Assembly (NCBI GenBank): GCA_002633005.1
Contig: NMRA01000578.1
Coordinates: 69,298 to 133,297 of the forward strand
Origin: Phoronis australis
Taxonomy: Eukaryota; Animalia; Phoronida
Direction: 5' to 3'
DNA: 64,000 nucleotides
A program made the translations under genes and the position numbers. Shown in pieces: positions 38,385 to 51,280 of the stretch. Under the pieces are notes generated by a model. The model did not search any database. It worked only from the letters and a program-made list of their open reading frames with translations, and was not told where the DNA came from. Position 1 is the first letter of the stretch, and every line of letters begins with the position of its first letter.

Positions 38385-41300
38385 GTTAGTTTACGAAAAC
38401 ATGAACATTCTTTGCTAGCCATCTAGCTGTAGTTTTGTTTTCAGTGATAAGTTTACTTAAACACTGCTAAAAGCAAAACTTGTCATTTGTTAGTGCATCA
38501 AAACAGATCTACGTGTCTGCCCATGCATAAGTTTTTGCAATGCCGACATTCAANNNNNNNNNNNNNNNNNNNNNNNNNNNNNNNNNNNNNNNNNNNNNNN
38601 NNNNNNNNNNNNNNNNNNNNNNNNNNNNNNNNNNNNNNNNNNNNNNNNNNNNNNNNNNNNNNNNNNNNNNNNNNNNNNNNNNNNNNNNNNNNNNNNNNNN
38701 NNNNNNNNNNNNNNNNNNNNNNNNNNNNNNNNNNNNNNNNNNNNNNNNNNNNNNNNNNNNNNNNNNNNNNNNNNNNNNNNNNNNNNNNNNNNNNNNNNNN
38801 NNNNNNNNNNNNNNNNNNNNNNNNNNNNNNNNNNNNNNNNNNNNNNNNNNNNNNNNNNNNNNNNNNNNNNNNNNNNNNNNNNNNNNNNNNNNNNNNNNNN
38901 NNNNNNNNNNNNNNNGCATCTAAACTACATCCTGTCCAAATTTCATGTTTGTATTTGAGAGTATAGTGCTCTTTTGGATAGGAGGAACAAGAGGTACTTT
39001 TTCGAAAGTTGATCGCACGGCGGAAAATCGTGCGCTAAAAAAAGCTTACAGAAAATGATTTATCAGCGATAATTTGAGACAAAAAGATTACAAACTTATA
39101 AATAAAGACTAAGGTAACGATTTATAACACAAAATTATCTTATAGTTAACTTTGAAGTCTGAAATCGGGTAATTTACCGACGTGGGTTTTACACGGAGGC
39201 AGATATGGGGCACCGTGACCTACTTTTTGATTGTCCTCCCTAGTACAATGGATTGAAGAACAGGGAAAAACAGAGATTGGCCGTTCAATCTCGTAGGACT
39301 CAAAACTGATGAACGCAGTCACTCCACAAACATAATTGTAGAATGATGTTCCATCATCATTCTGTTCAGGGCAGCAATCAAATTTAATTATTTAATCAGT
39401 CTAGAAAGAATTTATTTTTTTAATATTAACTTTGTGCAAGATTTTGTTTTGTTTAGTTTTTATTCAGATCAGCGGGTAACTTGGTACTGGTGAATCTTTA
39501 ACACTGGCACTCAACTAAGTTGAGACCCATGACAGTGGTGGATTTAGAGGGGGCCATGGCCCCCCCCCCCCTAAAATTCTCCCAGATTGCATCAGGCTGT
39601 TCGGGGGTGCGAATGTCTGATGGGCAAAATCCTGGCTAATATTCTGCACTGCCCCCCTAACTCAAAATCCTGGATCCACCCCTGCATGAAACCTTGACAT
39701 GTACGTAAGGCTTCCCCGAGTGGCAGATGGAGTGGGTGCCAGCCTGGTGGTAGTGGATCCAGAACACAGGGAAGGCAAATGATCCAGGACACAAAGTAGC
39801 ATTGCTGAGTGCAAATTCCAGGACGCAAAAATTGTTGATGAGATCTGTAGCCAGGGGCCATGCTTGCTTTTAAGAAGATCGTTTATTTTTATGACATTAA
39901 TTTTGTGTCAACTTTATTTTACCTTTTTGCCCTCATCTTTCCGAAATTGTGTGTTGCAGTATTGTAGGAAGGCTTTGGATGACAGCCTCTAGCAGCCAGC
40001 TAACCTTAGTACGTAACTGTATAAATATATAGATTTGGAAAGATGTGGGTAAAAACTAGTGAAGTGAAATTTGACTTACATTTAAGGTCATTAAAAACTG
40101 AAGTCTTCCATGAGTAAAGCTTATAGGTTACTGGTACAAAGAATATCGTAATATCAAATAGTTTGTTGCTAAATTTTTGGACCGATAAGATGCATCGCCT
40201 ATCAATGCCATAAAATAGAATGCCACTTGTTGGCCAATTTCTTTTATCACTGATTCTTTAATCAACTGTCCTTCTTTCAACAGGCTGTCTACAGTTAACA
40301 ACAAACCATTGGAACTACATTCACTTTGTTATAAGGTTTTATCATTTTATTTTCAGCAAACCAAAATTCTGAGCAAGTTTTGCTTCCTATGAAGTTGTCT
40401 GTACCCTCCCATCCTGTAACTGTTAAGGTCTCACTGCACTTACTTTGTTATGACACATACTAGTATAGTTTCAAAAGTTACTGACCGGCATGACGGAATG
40501 GCTTTATTTTCTCGAATATATGACATGTAAGTCACTACGTCAGACAGCAATGCTAACATTTTGACTGGCTTGCCATGGTAAGACCCAGCAACTTAGTAAC
40601 AACTACAGAGTAATTACAATGGCAACATTCTTTTTTCTCTCAGTGCAAATAATTCTGCATTCTGCATAAAAAATTCTAATGCTTGCAAACAGAAGTTTTT
40701 CCATGGAGCAGGGGCACCACCTGGAGTTTGTCCTCAATGGCAGATCTTACCAAGCCCATAATGACTTCTGATCTAGGTAGTTGTTTTTTAATAGAAGGTT
40801 TAACGAGTATCGCCTTTGATTGTTCTAGGCACTTACGACATCCGCTTAGAGTATGTGTTGGGTACTCTCTGAAAAGATTCTTCTCCAACAGGAACATTCT
40901 TACTCTACATGACAGAGGTCTTCTTCAGAACGTATTTCCTGATAAAAGGTAACATTGTATGGTCTTTTTTGCTTCAGCTATGAAACATTGTTCTTTTCTA
41001 ATTTTTTGAAGGATGTTGAATGTTTTATTCGCTCATTTGATATCTTAGTGAAGTACTCAGAATTTGATTATAATCTAGTAGGCGTAAATGCTAAGTGCAG
41101 GCAGCAGGCGAATACCTCAAATAGTACTTGGCTTTGAGAAAAAAACGTGTTTGCCAGATCAAGATGGACGGACTGAAGCCACGATTCGGTAAGACAAAGA
41201 AAAGAAAAACAAGGATTTTTCAGCCATAAAAGCCAATGCTTTTTCGTCACAAGAGCATAAGGGAAGGAGGTGTCAGGTGGGGGCAGGTGTCCATGGGCCG

Positions 41301-44300
41301 CTTTTGAGTTGTTTTTGTTCGTCGGACTCAAAGCCAACATCCAGGCTTAGTGTTAGTGTTATTATATAGATAACCTAGATATTTTATTATCTGGTATGAC
41401 ATTAAGTGGACTCCATTGTGTGTATCACCGGCAACTCGCCATTCTTGTTTTCTCTGCCAGCTCGCCAGACCTGCTGCGACAGTTGGTGGCCTCACCTCAG
41501 TGCATGTACTGTGGGTTTGACCCGACTGCAGACAGTCTGCATGTGGGTAATCTGCTAAGCATCATGGTCTTACTCCACTGCCAACGAGCTGGCCATCATC
41601 CTATAGCCTTGGTAAGTGTTTGATTGGTTCCTCGCATTTCTTGACATACGTTTAAGAAACAATAAACACAAACCTGTCAAAAACCATATTTCATCTACTA
41701 TAAAATCGGTCTCATTTTGTTCCTTACTCGAACTGCTACAGGCATTAGAAAAATTGACATGATGGTATTGGTCCAGACCAGGCTCATTACATTGCCTGTC
41801 ACACTGGGTTAGTTTCAATTGCCCGTGGCAGCAAGGCCGTTATGGGAATTCCATTTTATTTCTGTTAACTAATTTCAATTCAAACAAAGGATAGGAATCT
41901 TATGACGTTGCTTTTGAGAAAATGAATAAAGTTGTTGTTTTAACACAAGAACACGGTTTGTATCAGCTTTTGATATGTGCCAAAGGTAAACAGTGAGTGT
42001 CTAGGCTGCACTTTCACCAGATATAGATTATGTTGAAAATTCATTCTTCGACAGGAAAACAAATGTGTCATTCTTACATACAAGTTCTTGTTCTTGTTAT
42101 TTCAGATTGGTGGAGCCACTGGTATGATCGGTGACCCTAGTGGTCGTTCAAAGGATCGTGATGCAGTGAGCTTAGAGCAAGTCAACCATAACGTGCAGTC
42201 AATACACAGTAGTCTAGAACGAATTTTTACCAATCACGAGCGATTTCTGTGGAAAACTAATAAGTCACTGCCAGGAGTTAGGTACGGAGAATCTGTTTAA
42301 ACCATTCTGGTAGGAAGTTGAGTGAAAGTCCACGTATATGCGTGTATTGAGGCTGATACATCCATATTACAAATCATGCATTAATTTTTTTATTAAAATA
42401 ACATTTGTTCAGTATCATTATCACATCTGTCAGATGATTTATACAGTCACCTTATTCACATAGTCACCATTTTAAAAGTGAGTTTCTTTTTTTAGGTTTT
42501 AAAAACAATGTATTATGTGCTTAATCACAGCGCAAAGCGTGATTTTTTTTGCGTGCCTTGTTATATTTATGTCTCAAATGCATAGTTTTTAAACCTAAAA
42601 AGTTGTCACATTCAGTTAAAAAGAAAATCTGTCAGTTCATTTTTGTGTGCAATACCTGATTTGTAATTAGAGAATCAACTTTCACTAGATAGTGCTACTG
42701 AAATGTGAATCCTCTTGTTGTTAAGGGCTAGACTGAGTCAAAGCAGAGCTTTTCTCCTGCATGGGTGTGTGCACGGAATATGGTTCCCTCTCTTGGTACT
42801 ACTTAAACGCAGACATTTATACACTGGGTGGACTGTAGTCTGACTTGAGCTCCCCATTGGGCTCATTTCCTGAAGCATTCTTGTTCGCTTTTATTTCTGA
42901 ATCCTTTTCAACGGTTTATAATTGCAGGATATTGAACAATGCCGAATGGTACAAGAACAGAAACGTTATTGAGTTCTTGTCGAATGTTGGCCGTCATTTT
43001 CGTATGTCAGATATGCTGGGAAGACACAGGTGAGTATCACTGGTCTCAAAATGTTACTTAAAATCCCTTGTCTGATGCTTTTGTTGTCTTCTACACTATA
43101 CTCCTATTTGATTGTTGTATTATACAGATGGTGATTGTCTTCATCCTGTAGTCCTATTAATGAGATATTGTATGACCTTGTTGATATCTCGAACATTAGC
43201 ATTGCTGAATGGGAGTCGGTCATGGTTCACCTCACTGCGTAGTATTGGTGATGCATCATATGATCTGTTCACGCAATTCCACTTGGTCCCTTGTCTAGCA
43301 AATTCGAATATGCCACTCTCGCACTAACCACTTGCCAGGTCGCCATTGGTGAATGCTGAAGTTGGACTGGCAATGGTAATGCCTGCTTGGGAATGCTTCG
43401 TAACTTGTCCATAAATTAATTTCCAAAATGTTCTCATGTGTTGGCTTCCAATCAGCATGATTCAAACCCGAGCAATATCTGCATGATTGTTTTGCTTCCA
43501 ATGCCTAAAAATAGTTACCAATTGGCAAGCATAGGTCCCATCTAATGAGTACACTCCCCTTGAAAGTCTTGTGTCATGATTAAATTACGTCTTTAACTCT
43601 GCTTTGTGTAGGAAGTGGTTTAGTGGCCGTGGCAATGCAGCAAATTTTTGCAGAATATCTATTGTTGTGTCATGTTTATTCCGTAATATTATGTAATATT
43701 ACGATAATTAACAATACCCATGTAGTTTGTAATAGTCATGCATTCAGTTGTCCCTGGTACCAACAGTTGAACAAACAACTGATACACATCTCTTGTTGGA
43801 GGAAAAATCTGATTTGGAAAACGACAATTACATCCAGCAAATCTCATGGTAAAGTGATGGAAAAACAGAACACTAAGCCAATGAGCTGTAACCAAGTGTT
43901 GTTTGAAAAATAGAATTTTGCTGTTTGAAAATGTGGTGTAATAACAATTTGTGTTTTCAGTGTGAAGAGCCGGCTGAACTCATCAGAAGGAATGTGTTTT
44001 ACCGAGTTTACCTACCAGATATTCCAGGCTTACGACTGGCTTCACTTGTACAACAACTATGGGTGCTTAATACAGGTTACGCTACTCACTTTTAGGACAA
44101 TTTAATCGTAGACGAATAGGAAATGGTCAACTTCAGTTTAAACATTTCTTCTGGAAATAATTGTTCTTAAAACGACTCTTCTATGTGAACTGGTAATTCT
44201 GTCCAGTCACTAAACCCAACTGTTTCCAGTCCGCCAAATGACCCTCGTGTCATCAACTGTAATTTCTTCCCAAGCCCACAAGTCATTTCTAATCTGAGTG

Positions 44301-47300
44301 AAAAACAAGTCGAGACGAAAGTTATGAATACACAGGTCTTGGAATTTTCCTCTTCAAAGGATTTCCTCTTTTTGGTTTGGATTTCCTCTTGTTTGATTTC
44401 CAGTTTCCTCTTTTTAGTCTCTTTTTGGTCAATATTTTGACATTGATCAGGCAAAAATGTTTATTTCAGTTAAAATTTACAACAAAAGACTAGCCTATTT
44501 ATTTGTGGAACCATACATCACCTGGAAAATTTTCCTCGTTTTTGTCATTGGTCATTCCAAGCCCTGAATACAATAAATGGTCTTAGCCTTAGCCATCTTT
44601 GATAGAAGGTGGGTACAGAGCAGCTTTATAGGTGCCTTGTATTGTCAGTGATTTTCCTGGACCGCGTCTTTGAGCTATTAGCGCATAAAAAATAAAAAAG
44701 CATACTTTTTATCATCAGGTGCGCCTAAAGCTCCCAGGTTCAAATTTGGTCAGGGATATCCCTGTTAGACACGAACATGAACCTGTTGTTATTTTTATTG
44801 CACTTGGGTTTTTTATTTCATATGTCACCACTTTAATTTCACTAAGTCTGCTGGGCAAACTTTTTTGAAAAGAGGCACGCCTTTTATCATCAGGTGCGCC
44901 CAAAGGGCACAGGTTCAAACGTGATCAGAAATATCCCTGCATTGTAGACTTGTGTGAAATCCAGTCATCTTTTTATAGCCTGTCTTAAATTTCGTTTAGA
45001 CAAAACTGATCCTGCTGCTGCTTAGCCATTACTTTTTTCATGGTATTTTGAACAATTCCTGTTCTCCTTGTAGATAGGTGGTGGCGATCAAATGGGAAAC
45101 ATTTTGACAGGCCATGATCTGATACAGAGGTTGAAACGGAAACAAGCGTTTGGCAAGTACCATCCACTCTTCATATCTTTGCAGTTAGACCACCTAGTTT
45201 AGCCCAGTGAACTGCGTAGCAAAAGTTATACAATACAAGACAAAAGTAATCAGACAACCACGATGTCCCCGTCATGATGGCTAATTGTGTTTACAGAAAT
45301 GACCGGTAATGACTGTTATGGTAGCAAATGGCTTAGTTATCTTACTGACTTCTTTGTTAATTCTCCTCCATTCTTAGTCATGTTGTAACTAAAGGCTTAT
45401 CTAACGATGAATTCAGCTTCCTCCTATCCACGGGAATTCATGGTTATTTTGTCTGAATACTTTTGTCCTGTACTGTTGTATTGATTGCTTTCAAGCATTT
45501 CAACATACCATTGATTTCATCTGATCTTGGTCGTCACATCATGTTTTAAATTCATGTTTCAGTAAATTTGTTTTTACCTAAGAGGCATGGAATGCAAAAG
45601 CTCGTCAAAAATGTTTTTCAAACAATTCCTGACGAATGTACCATTTTGTTACCTTTACTACAGAGTTGTTCACTTTCCTCTGTGAGGGAATTTCCAGAAA
45701 AGAGTACATAATTCATAATTTTGGAAATAGGTGTGAATGAAAAACTCTGTAGTCACCACAGAGTTTCTAATCTCCCTCCTTTTTGTGATGAATGTGCACA
45801 TGTGCTCACAGTCACTCGACAAACAGCTGACTGACAAGATAATTATTAATGGCATAATATCATGTGTTATTGCACTCCGAATCCGAGGTCTTTTTTTTAT
45901 TTATACCCCCGAAGGTTTTTTGAAATTTGAAGGTAAAAGTCATATGCTTTGACATCAACAGAACTTCAGATACTTTACGAACAAACTATAAAAATACCTG
46001 GTGAGCAGGTTGAATTTTGTTTCAGTGGCAGAGAACTACTTAGAATATTGCAATTTAGTCTCTTTATCGCATTCCAGACCTCTTGAAATTTAAGACGAGA
46101 AGCTACTGTACAGTAAGAATAGAGTGCAAAACTGCCCATGGTTGATATTAAGATTTAATCACAAAATCTTTGGACTTAATTTCTTTGGGAACAACACAAA
46201 CTAAGTGTTTATAGTATGTTCCTGGAGATGATTTTGTCCTTAAAACTTATTTATACTTACTTGTCGATGGTTGCTGGTGATCAGTGCAGTGAGCCCACCT
46301 GAGTGGCCTGTGCATGTCTGGTACAACGTATATTAGACCACCTGCAGTTAATGTTTTTGTCGATGGCAAATTTTTGCATAACATTTCATGTATCAACACT
46401 TGCTGCTTGTAGGTTTAACTGTACCAATTTTAACCACGGCCTCTGGCCAAAAGCTTGGGAAAAGTTTAGACAACACTGTTTGGCTGAATGACGACAAGAC
46501 ATCAGCTTTTGAATTGTATCAGGTGAGATTCTGCTTCAAGCAGTGTCATGGTTATTAGGACAATGTATGAGATTAAATCGCGTAATGCTAGAACATTTTT
46601 GCAACAAATGCTGCTGAGATGGCTGAGATGGAGAGTGATGGCAGAAAACTAGGTCAAAATTTGACGCTAGGAAGAAGTTGACTGCAGCTGTGTGATCAGT
46701 TAATGTGTGTCATGTTTGAAGTTATTATTTATATCCAAAAAACATTGAACCCCGCTTTAGCCTGTAGACAGATTTTCATTGCCACAGGTTTTTTTAAAGC
46801 AGAATTAAACCTGTGTTCATTCAAAGAAATCCTGCAGCTTTTGATATAGACTACTTGATTGTGTGTGTCGTGTTTGAAGATGGTGTTTATGTCCTTAGGG
46901 TTACTTAAAAGCACACTAAACCCCATTCTGGCCTATAGACAGATATTATCTGCTTCTAAATTATTTAAAGTGGTAATTAAACTGTGTTGGTGGAGGAAAA
47001 CTGTTTTTGATATGGGCCATGAGTACCGTTATAAAATTGGTTTGAATTTGTTTTTTACTGAGATGGGAAGGTATTTTTGGTCTTGCATAGAATTGACAAT
47101 TCGTCATTGCTCGAGACTATGCTCAACAAATAAAATGACATGCTGTGACCAATCAGCTTGTAGAGCCTCGTCTTGAGCGCTAACAAGCTTTTAGTTCTTT
47201 CCAAGCACAGAAATTGCTACTATTTTGAGTGAGGAAATTTTTGAGAACAATTTCATAACAGTTAGTGATCTAAATCAAACTACTTTTATCTCGAAAGGCA

Positions 47301-50134
47301 GCTTTATAGCCATATTATGCCTTTGAAACAAAATACCAAAGTCTGGAGCAACCTTGAAAATGCCAAACATGAAGGCTTTGGTAATTGAAACTAGTGGATC
47401 CATTTCATGGGAAGTGTTAAATCGTTAATGATACTTTTTATTTCTCTTTAAATTATTTGCTTAATAGTGAGTTACTGAGTAACTACAGGTGACAAAACCA
47501 GTTTCGAAGAAAATACCAACAAAGGAATTTGTTCTCGTTTAAAGTTGTCAAAGTTGCTTAATCTATCGAAGTGCAGTCTCTATTAAAACCTGTCCAGTTC
47601 TTTTCACTCACTTGTTATGAAACTGTATCTTCTAGTACTTTTTGAGACGCCCTGACTCGGACGTTGAGTCTTTCTTGAAGTGGTTCACTTTCTTTCCTGA
47701 TAAAGAAGTCGATCGCATCGTCAAACAACACAAGGTATGGTTTCGGTCTTACGCTGTTATTTGTGAGTAAGAAAAAACTTTGAAAATTACATAACAATTA
47801 CTCTAGGATTGAATTATCTAGAACTTGGTCTGTCATCTGTGCCAGTGCTACTGTAGTAACACAATGCTTATGATATCAAAATGCCTGTGAAGACCATTGC
47901 TCCATGGGTCCAAAAGCCATTGGGTTGTTTTGGGTCTGTTTCTTTTGAAAATTGATGTGTTGGTGCAGTACTTTTAAATGGCCAATTTTCCACAAAAACA
48001 CCTGATATTGTCAGAAGTGATGCGTTTGCGTGTGCCCATGTTGATCAGGTGGAGGGGGGGTAATGGATCGCGCGAGCCAATGGTTCATTGACGGCCTATC
48101 ACAAGATGATTGCGAATGACTTGCCAGGATGTGGCAGTCCAATCCTTGCTTGCATGTGTTTGTGTTGCTTTGTAAAAAAAGTTACAGACCTTGACTGAAA
48201 CTGATGTGGGCGGGTCCTTTTTTCTTTAAATAAGATTCATGTTTTGATATGGAAATCCATATCAATTATATGTTTGATGTGAAATATAGTTCTGTGTTAT
48301 CTCATCATTCAGTAACTTGCGTATCTCTCAGCTGTTTTGTAACATGTGAAAGATAAAATACAGCTTTAGAATAATGGGTTCATATACAAGTTTATTTATG
48401 TAATGTTTTTAATGTATAACAGTCGGAGAATTGGGACACGTTAAGTTTTGACAAATACAAGTAGAGCCATATGGATAATAGACATGATTGTTTTTAAGTA
48501 AAATAATGTAATCTCATTTTCGCTTTTTTTTTAATTTAATTTCACACTATATTGTAGTTGAATCCTGATTCAAGAGGTGGACAGAAGAAAATTGCTGAAC
48601 AAGTAACATTGTTAATACATGGAGGTAAGTAAAAAGAGGGAAATTATTGTTCATGGTGCATACTTAGACCAATGTACCATTGTGGACCTTTACCTGTATC
48701 CGAATCTAAGCACAAGTGGCTAAATCTAAAGCACTTGTAAATAACACCAAGTAGAAAGTTATTATGAATGAACCCTGCTTGTTACATAATTTTAGTGGCT
48801 CACTTGTATTCAGTTTTGGCACACTGCTTATGAAGCCTCTTAAAAATTTCTATAATATGGTACAGTTTCAATATTTGGGAGATCAAATTTCTATAATATG
48901 GAACAGTTTATTTATTTGGGAGATCAAACTTGATTGTTACCTAAATTGATTTTTCGTATGGGACATGGGACAATATTTGTATCGTCATATTCCTTTCGTT
49001 AAATAAATGTAAACCCATTTCTTGGAAATCAATAAATTTAAGTCCAATTTGAGGCCAGTGACTCTTATTCAAAGCTTGGCCAAAAGTTGCATTTGTTTGT
49101 AAAGTGTCTTCTAGAATGTACTAACAGCAAAATAATTCTCTTGAATCCTTGTAGAGGAGGGATTGAAACTTGCCCAGAAGTGTTCAGACATTTTGTTCAG
49201 TAATTCCATCGACGCATTATCTAGTGCCACTGAGCAGGAATTGCTGGAGTTGTTCTACAGTGCGCCCACGTTCGAGACATTTCTGGACCCCGGAACGACT
49301 GTGCTGGATGCTGTTATGAAGACCAAGCACTTCAATAGAGAGGGTAGACCAAATTCTCATATATTGAATTGTAGAGGAATTAAGATAATGCTTTTAATTT
49401 TTCGTGGAAAATGACAGAACCATGCCCCTCCATATTTTTCTGAAGGTCTTAATCGGGCCTTTTAATATCTGTTTGTTATTCAGCCTATAAGCTTCAGCTA
49501 ATAACTACATCTATTGTTGAGCCTTGAAACTATGCAGAGCGCCATACAGCAGACCTAAATGGTTTAATTAGAGCAGTTGAGTATTATTAACATAATTATA
49601 TTACCTTTCAATGCATCTTTAAATTAGAAAACTGTATTTAATGGTAAAGTGGTTTGATTTCGGTTTGTTTGCCAATACCATCATTTTCACTATCGTCACT
49701 GTCATCACCTCTATCATCTTCACCGTCACCATCAACTGAAGCGACACACCAGGGTTGAACAATTTTACCGTAGTAGGACTCGGTGGTACAGTTTTGTTTT
49801 TCCTCTAGTTGACGCAGACCGAGTTATCCGAGCGGGCGGCATCTACATCAACCAACAGAGGTCTCCCCAGCCAGAAGCTGTTTTAATACCTGGCCAACAT
49901 ATTCTTCCAAACGGAATCACAGTGCTACGAGTCGGTATGTAGTGAGGTGGTAAAGAGCCAAGGCAGGGACTTTTTTAAGGGTTGTGCATTAAATGTCTCT
50001 CTCACATACTTTTGAGACTTTTAATTAGTTTCAAAAAGTTTGCATTCTAACCTACAGCCAAATTCTTTTTTGTTTCAGGTAAAAAGAACTACAATATCAT
50101 CAAATGGGTCAATGCCAAGAGAGTTGCCGTGTGA
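38368..50134 (+). CDS. YARS2: Tyrosine--tRNA ligase, mitochondrial, multi-exon gene
   Basis: Exons 38368-38384, 40829-40948, 41461-41611, 42106-42281, 42928-43029, 43961-44075, 45074-45152, 46413-46522, 47636-47734, 48558-48624, 49155-49343, 49809-49934, 50079-50134 total 1407 nt, 468 aa. Basic presequence [14 protein letters not shown]...KRFFS; [15 protein letters not shown] (HIGH), [37 protein letters not shown] (KMSKS), S4-like C-terminus GGIYIN...LRVGKKNY. Confidence 0.95.
38554..38915. other. Assembly gap (362 N) in YARS2 intron 1
   Basis: Run of n. Confidence 1.
39533..39684. mobile_element. ~150-bp hAT-like MITE
   Basis: Ends CAGTGGTGGATT...GGATCCACCCCTG, internal G/C runs, flanked by CATGA on both sides. 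Confidence 0.65.
40829..40948 (+). CDS. YARS2: YARS2 exon 2
   Basis: ttgttctag|G; [39 protein letters not shown]; |gtaaca. Confidence 0.85.
41461..41611 (+). CDS. YARS2: YARS2 exon 3 (HIGH motif)
   Basis: [17 protein letters not shown]...HPIAL. Confidence 0.95.
42106..42281 (+). CDS. YARS2: YARS2 exon 4
   Basis: [18 protein letters not shown]... Confidence 0.95.
42928..43029 (+). CDS. YARS2: YARS2 exon 5
   Basis: ILNNAEWY...[15 protein letters not shown]. Confidence 0.95.
43961..44075 (+). CDS. YARS2: YARS2 exon 6
   Basis: [38 protein letters not shown]. Confidence 0.95.
44705..44939 (+). repeat. Two diverged ~60-bp direct repeats
   Basis: CTTTTATCATCAGGTGCGCC(T/C)AAAG...CAGGTTCAAA...ATATCCCTG at ~44705 and ~44880. 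Confidence 0.7.
45074..45152 (+). CDS. YARS2: YARS2 exon 7 (GC donor)
   Basis: [27 protein letters not shown]; donor TG|gcaagt. Confidence 0.9.
46413..46522 (+). CDS. YARS2: YARS2 exon 8 (KMSKS-like)
   Basis: [36 protein letters not shown]. Confidence 0.95.
47636..47734 (+). CDS. YARS2: YARS2 exon 9
   Basis: [33 protein letters not shown]. Confidence 0.92.
48558..48624 (+). CDS. YARS2: YARS2 exon 10
   Basis: [22 protein letters not shown]; |gtaagt. Confidence 0.92.
49155..49343 (+). CDS. YARS2: YARS2 exon 11
   Basis: [14 protein letters not shown]...[13 protein letters not shown]... Confidence 0.9.
49809..49934 (+). CDS. YARS2: YARS2 exon 12 (S4-like)
   Basis: [17 protein letters not shown]...[14 protein letters not shown]. 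Confidence 0.93.
50079..50134 (+). CDS. YARS2: YARS2 last coding exon
   Basis: tttcag|GT; [18 protein letters not shown]. Confidence 0.92.
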
Positions 50135-51280
50135 AAATAAGTACGTTGACTCCTGCGGCACTTTCTGTGCCTATGCAGTCGGTGGATTCAAGAAAGGTTT
50201 CCTGCAGAATTGGCTCCCAACAACACCAGTGTGTTCTAGTACTAGTTACTCACAAGACAATTGCAGGAAGAAGTTGCGCCCAATACCAAAGATATGGATA
50301 CCGTGTATTATGGGAGTTTACCTATCGTTCTCTTCCCTGATTCGACATTGCAGCGTTTGGTAGTCATCCAATCACTTTCAGTGACGACCGTCTTTCTATT
50401 GTGAGCTAACAATGGCAGCAAGATGTTGCGTTACATTTGTGTGATCTCACCCAGTTCAAGATATTTGTCTTAAAGGAGAATGCCACCCAAAACAGCCTAT
50501 TTTGTATCAATTTAGATCAGTAGTTCCACTCCATAACAGCAAGTCCAGTTGTTTTACCTGGCTCCTAACTGCAGAAGGAGGTATTGAAATTTACCAATGA
50601 GGGAATCAGTTCGAAGGCAGTCTGTCCAGCCCTTCACAACACGTTTACTGGTGTCAACTTATCGCTTGAATGCACCCTCTTACACCAATAAATCATCAAA
50701 TTTCGATGTAAAACCCTAGTTCTTGAACAAACTGTTGTTTTATTTCACTGTCAGGGATTTATAGGTATTTGAACGTAGGGTAGCCTACAGAGTTTGGTAA
50801 AGGAGTGTAGACTCCTAGGTTCGGTAGGCCAATTGATCATGATCAACCGCGGGAGTTTGGGTCTTTTTTGGTGATAAATTCGAGTCATTCTTCGGTGAAA
50901 TACAGACATGAAAGATAGCTGTGTGTTGTACTTGTAGACTTGCGATTTTTTCCAGTTCTAAGCACCAAAACGCTTGTTATCCCAGCCAGTGCCTGTGAAC
51001 CCGATCAGGCCCGTCGCGGCCGCCGGGACTGGACATCACGAACATAAACCTGCCAAAGTTTTAAACTACAACTCCAGTCACGAACGGACTATATTAGTGA
51101 GCCAAAGAAATAATGTGGACGTAAATATTTTGGTAAATTAGCCACGAAACTGCAAATCTACTTACTTGTTGGGGCCGCGAAGTCATGTTGCCATTTTACA
51201 GAATCGTCAGGGCAAAAGTTGTACAGTTACAATGATGTGAATAATGTATTTGTTTATCTAAATAAAGATTCCCCTAACAT

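Noticed and set aside
38487-38966. Long ORFs full of X
   Set aside because: Artefact of the N gap.
50040-50363. ORFs overlapping the YARS2 end
   Set aside because: Alternative frames of the last exon and 3' UTR with no recognisable motifs.
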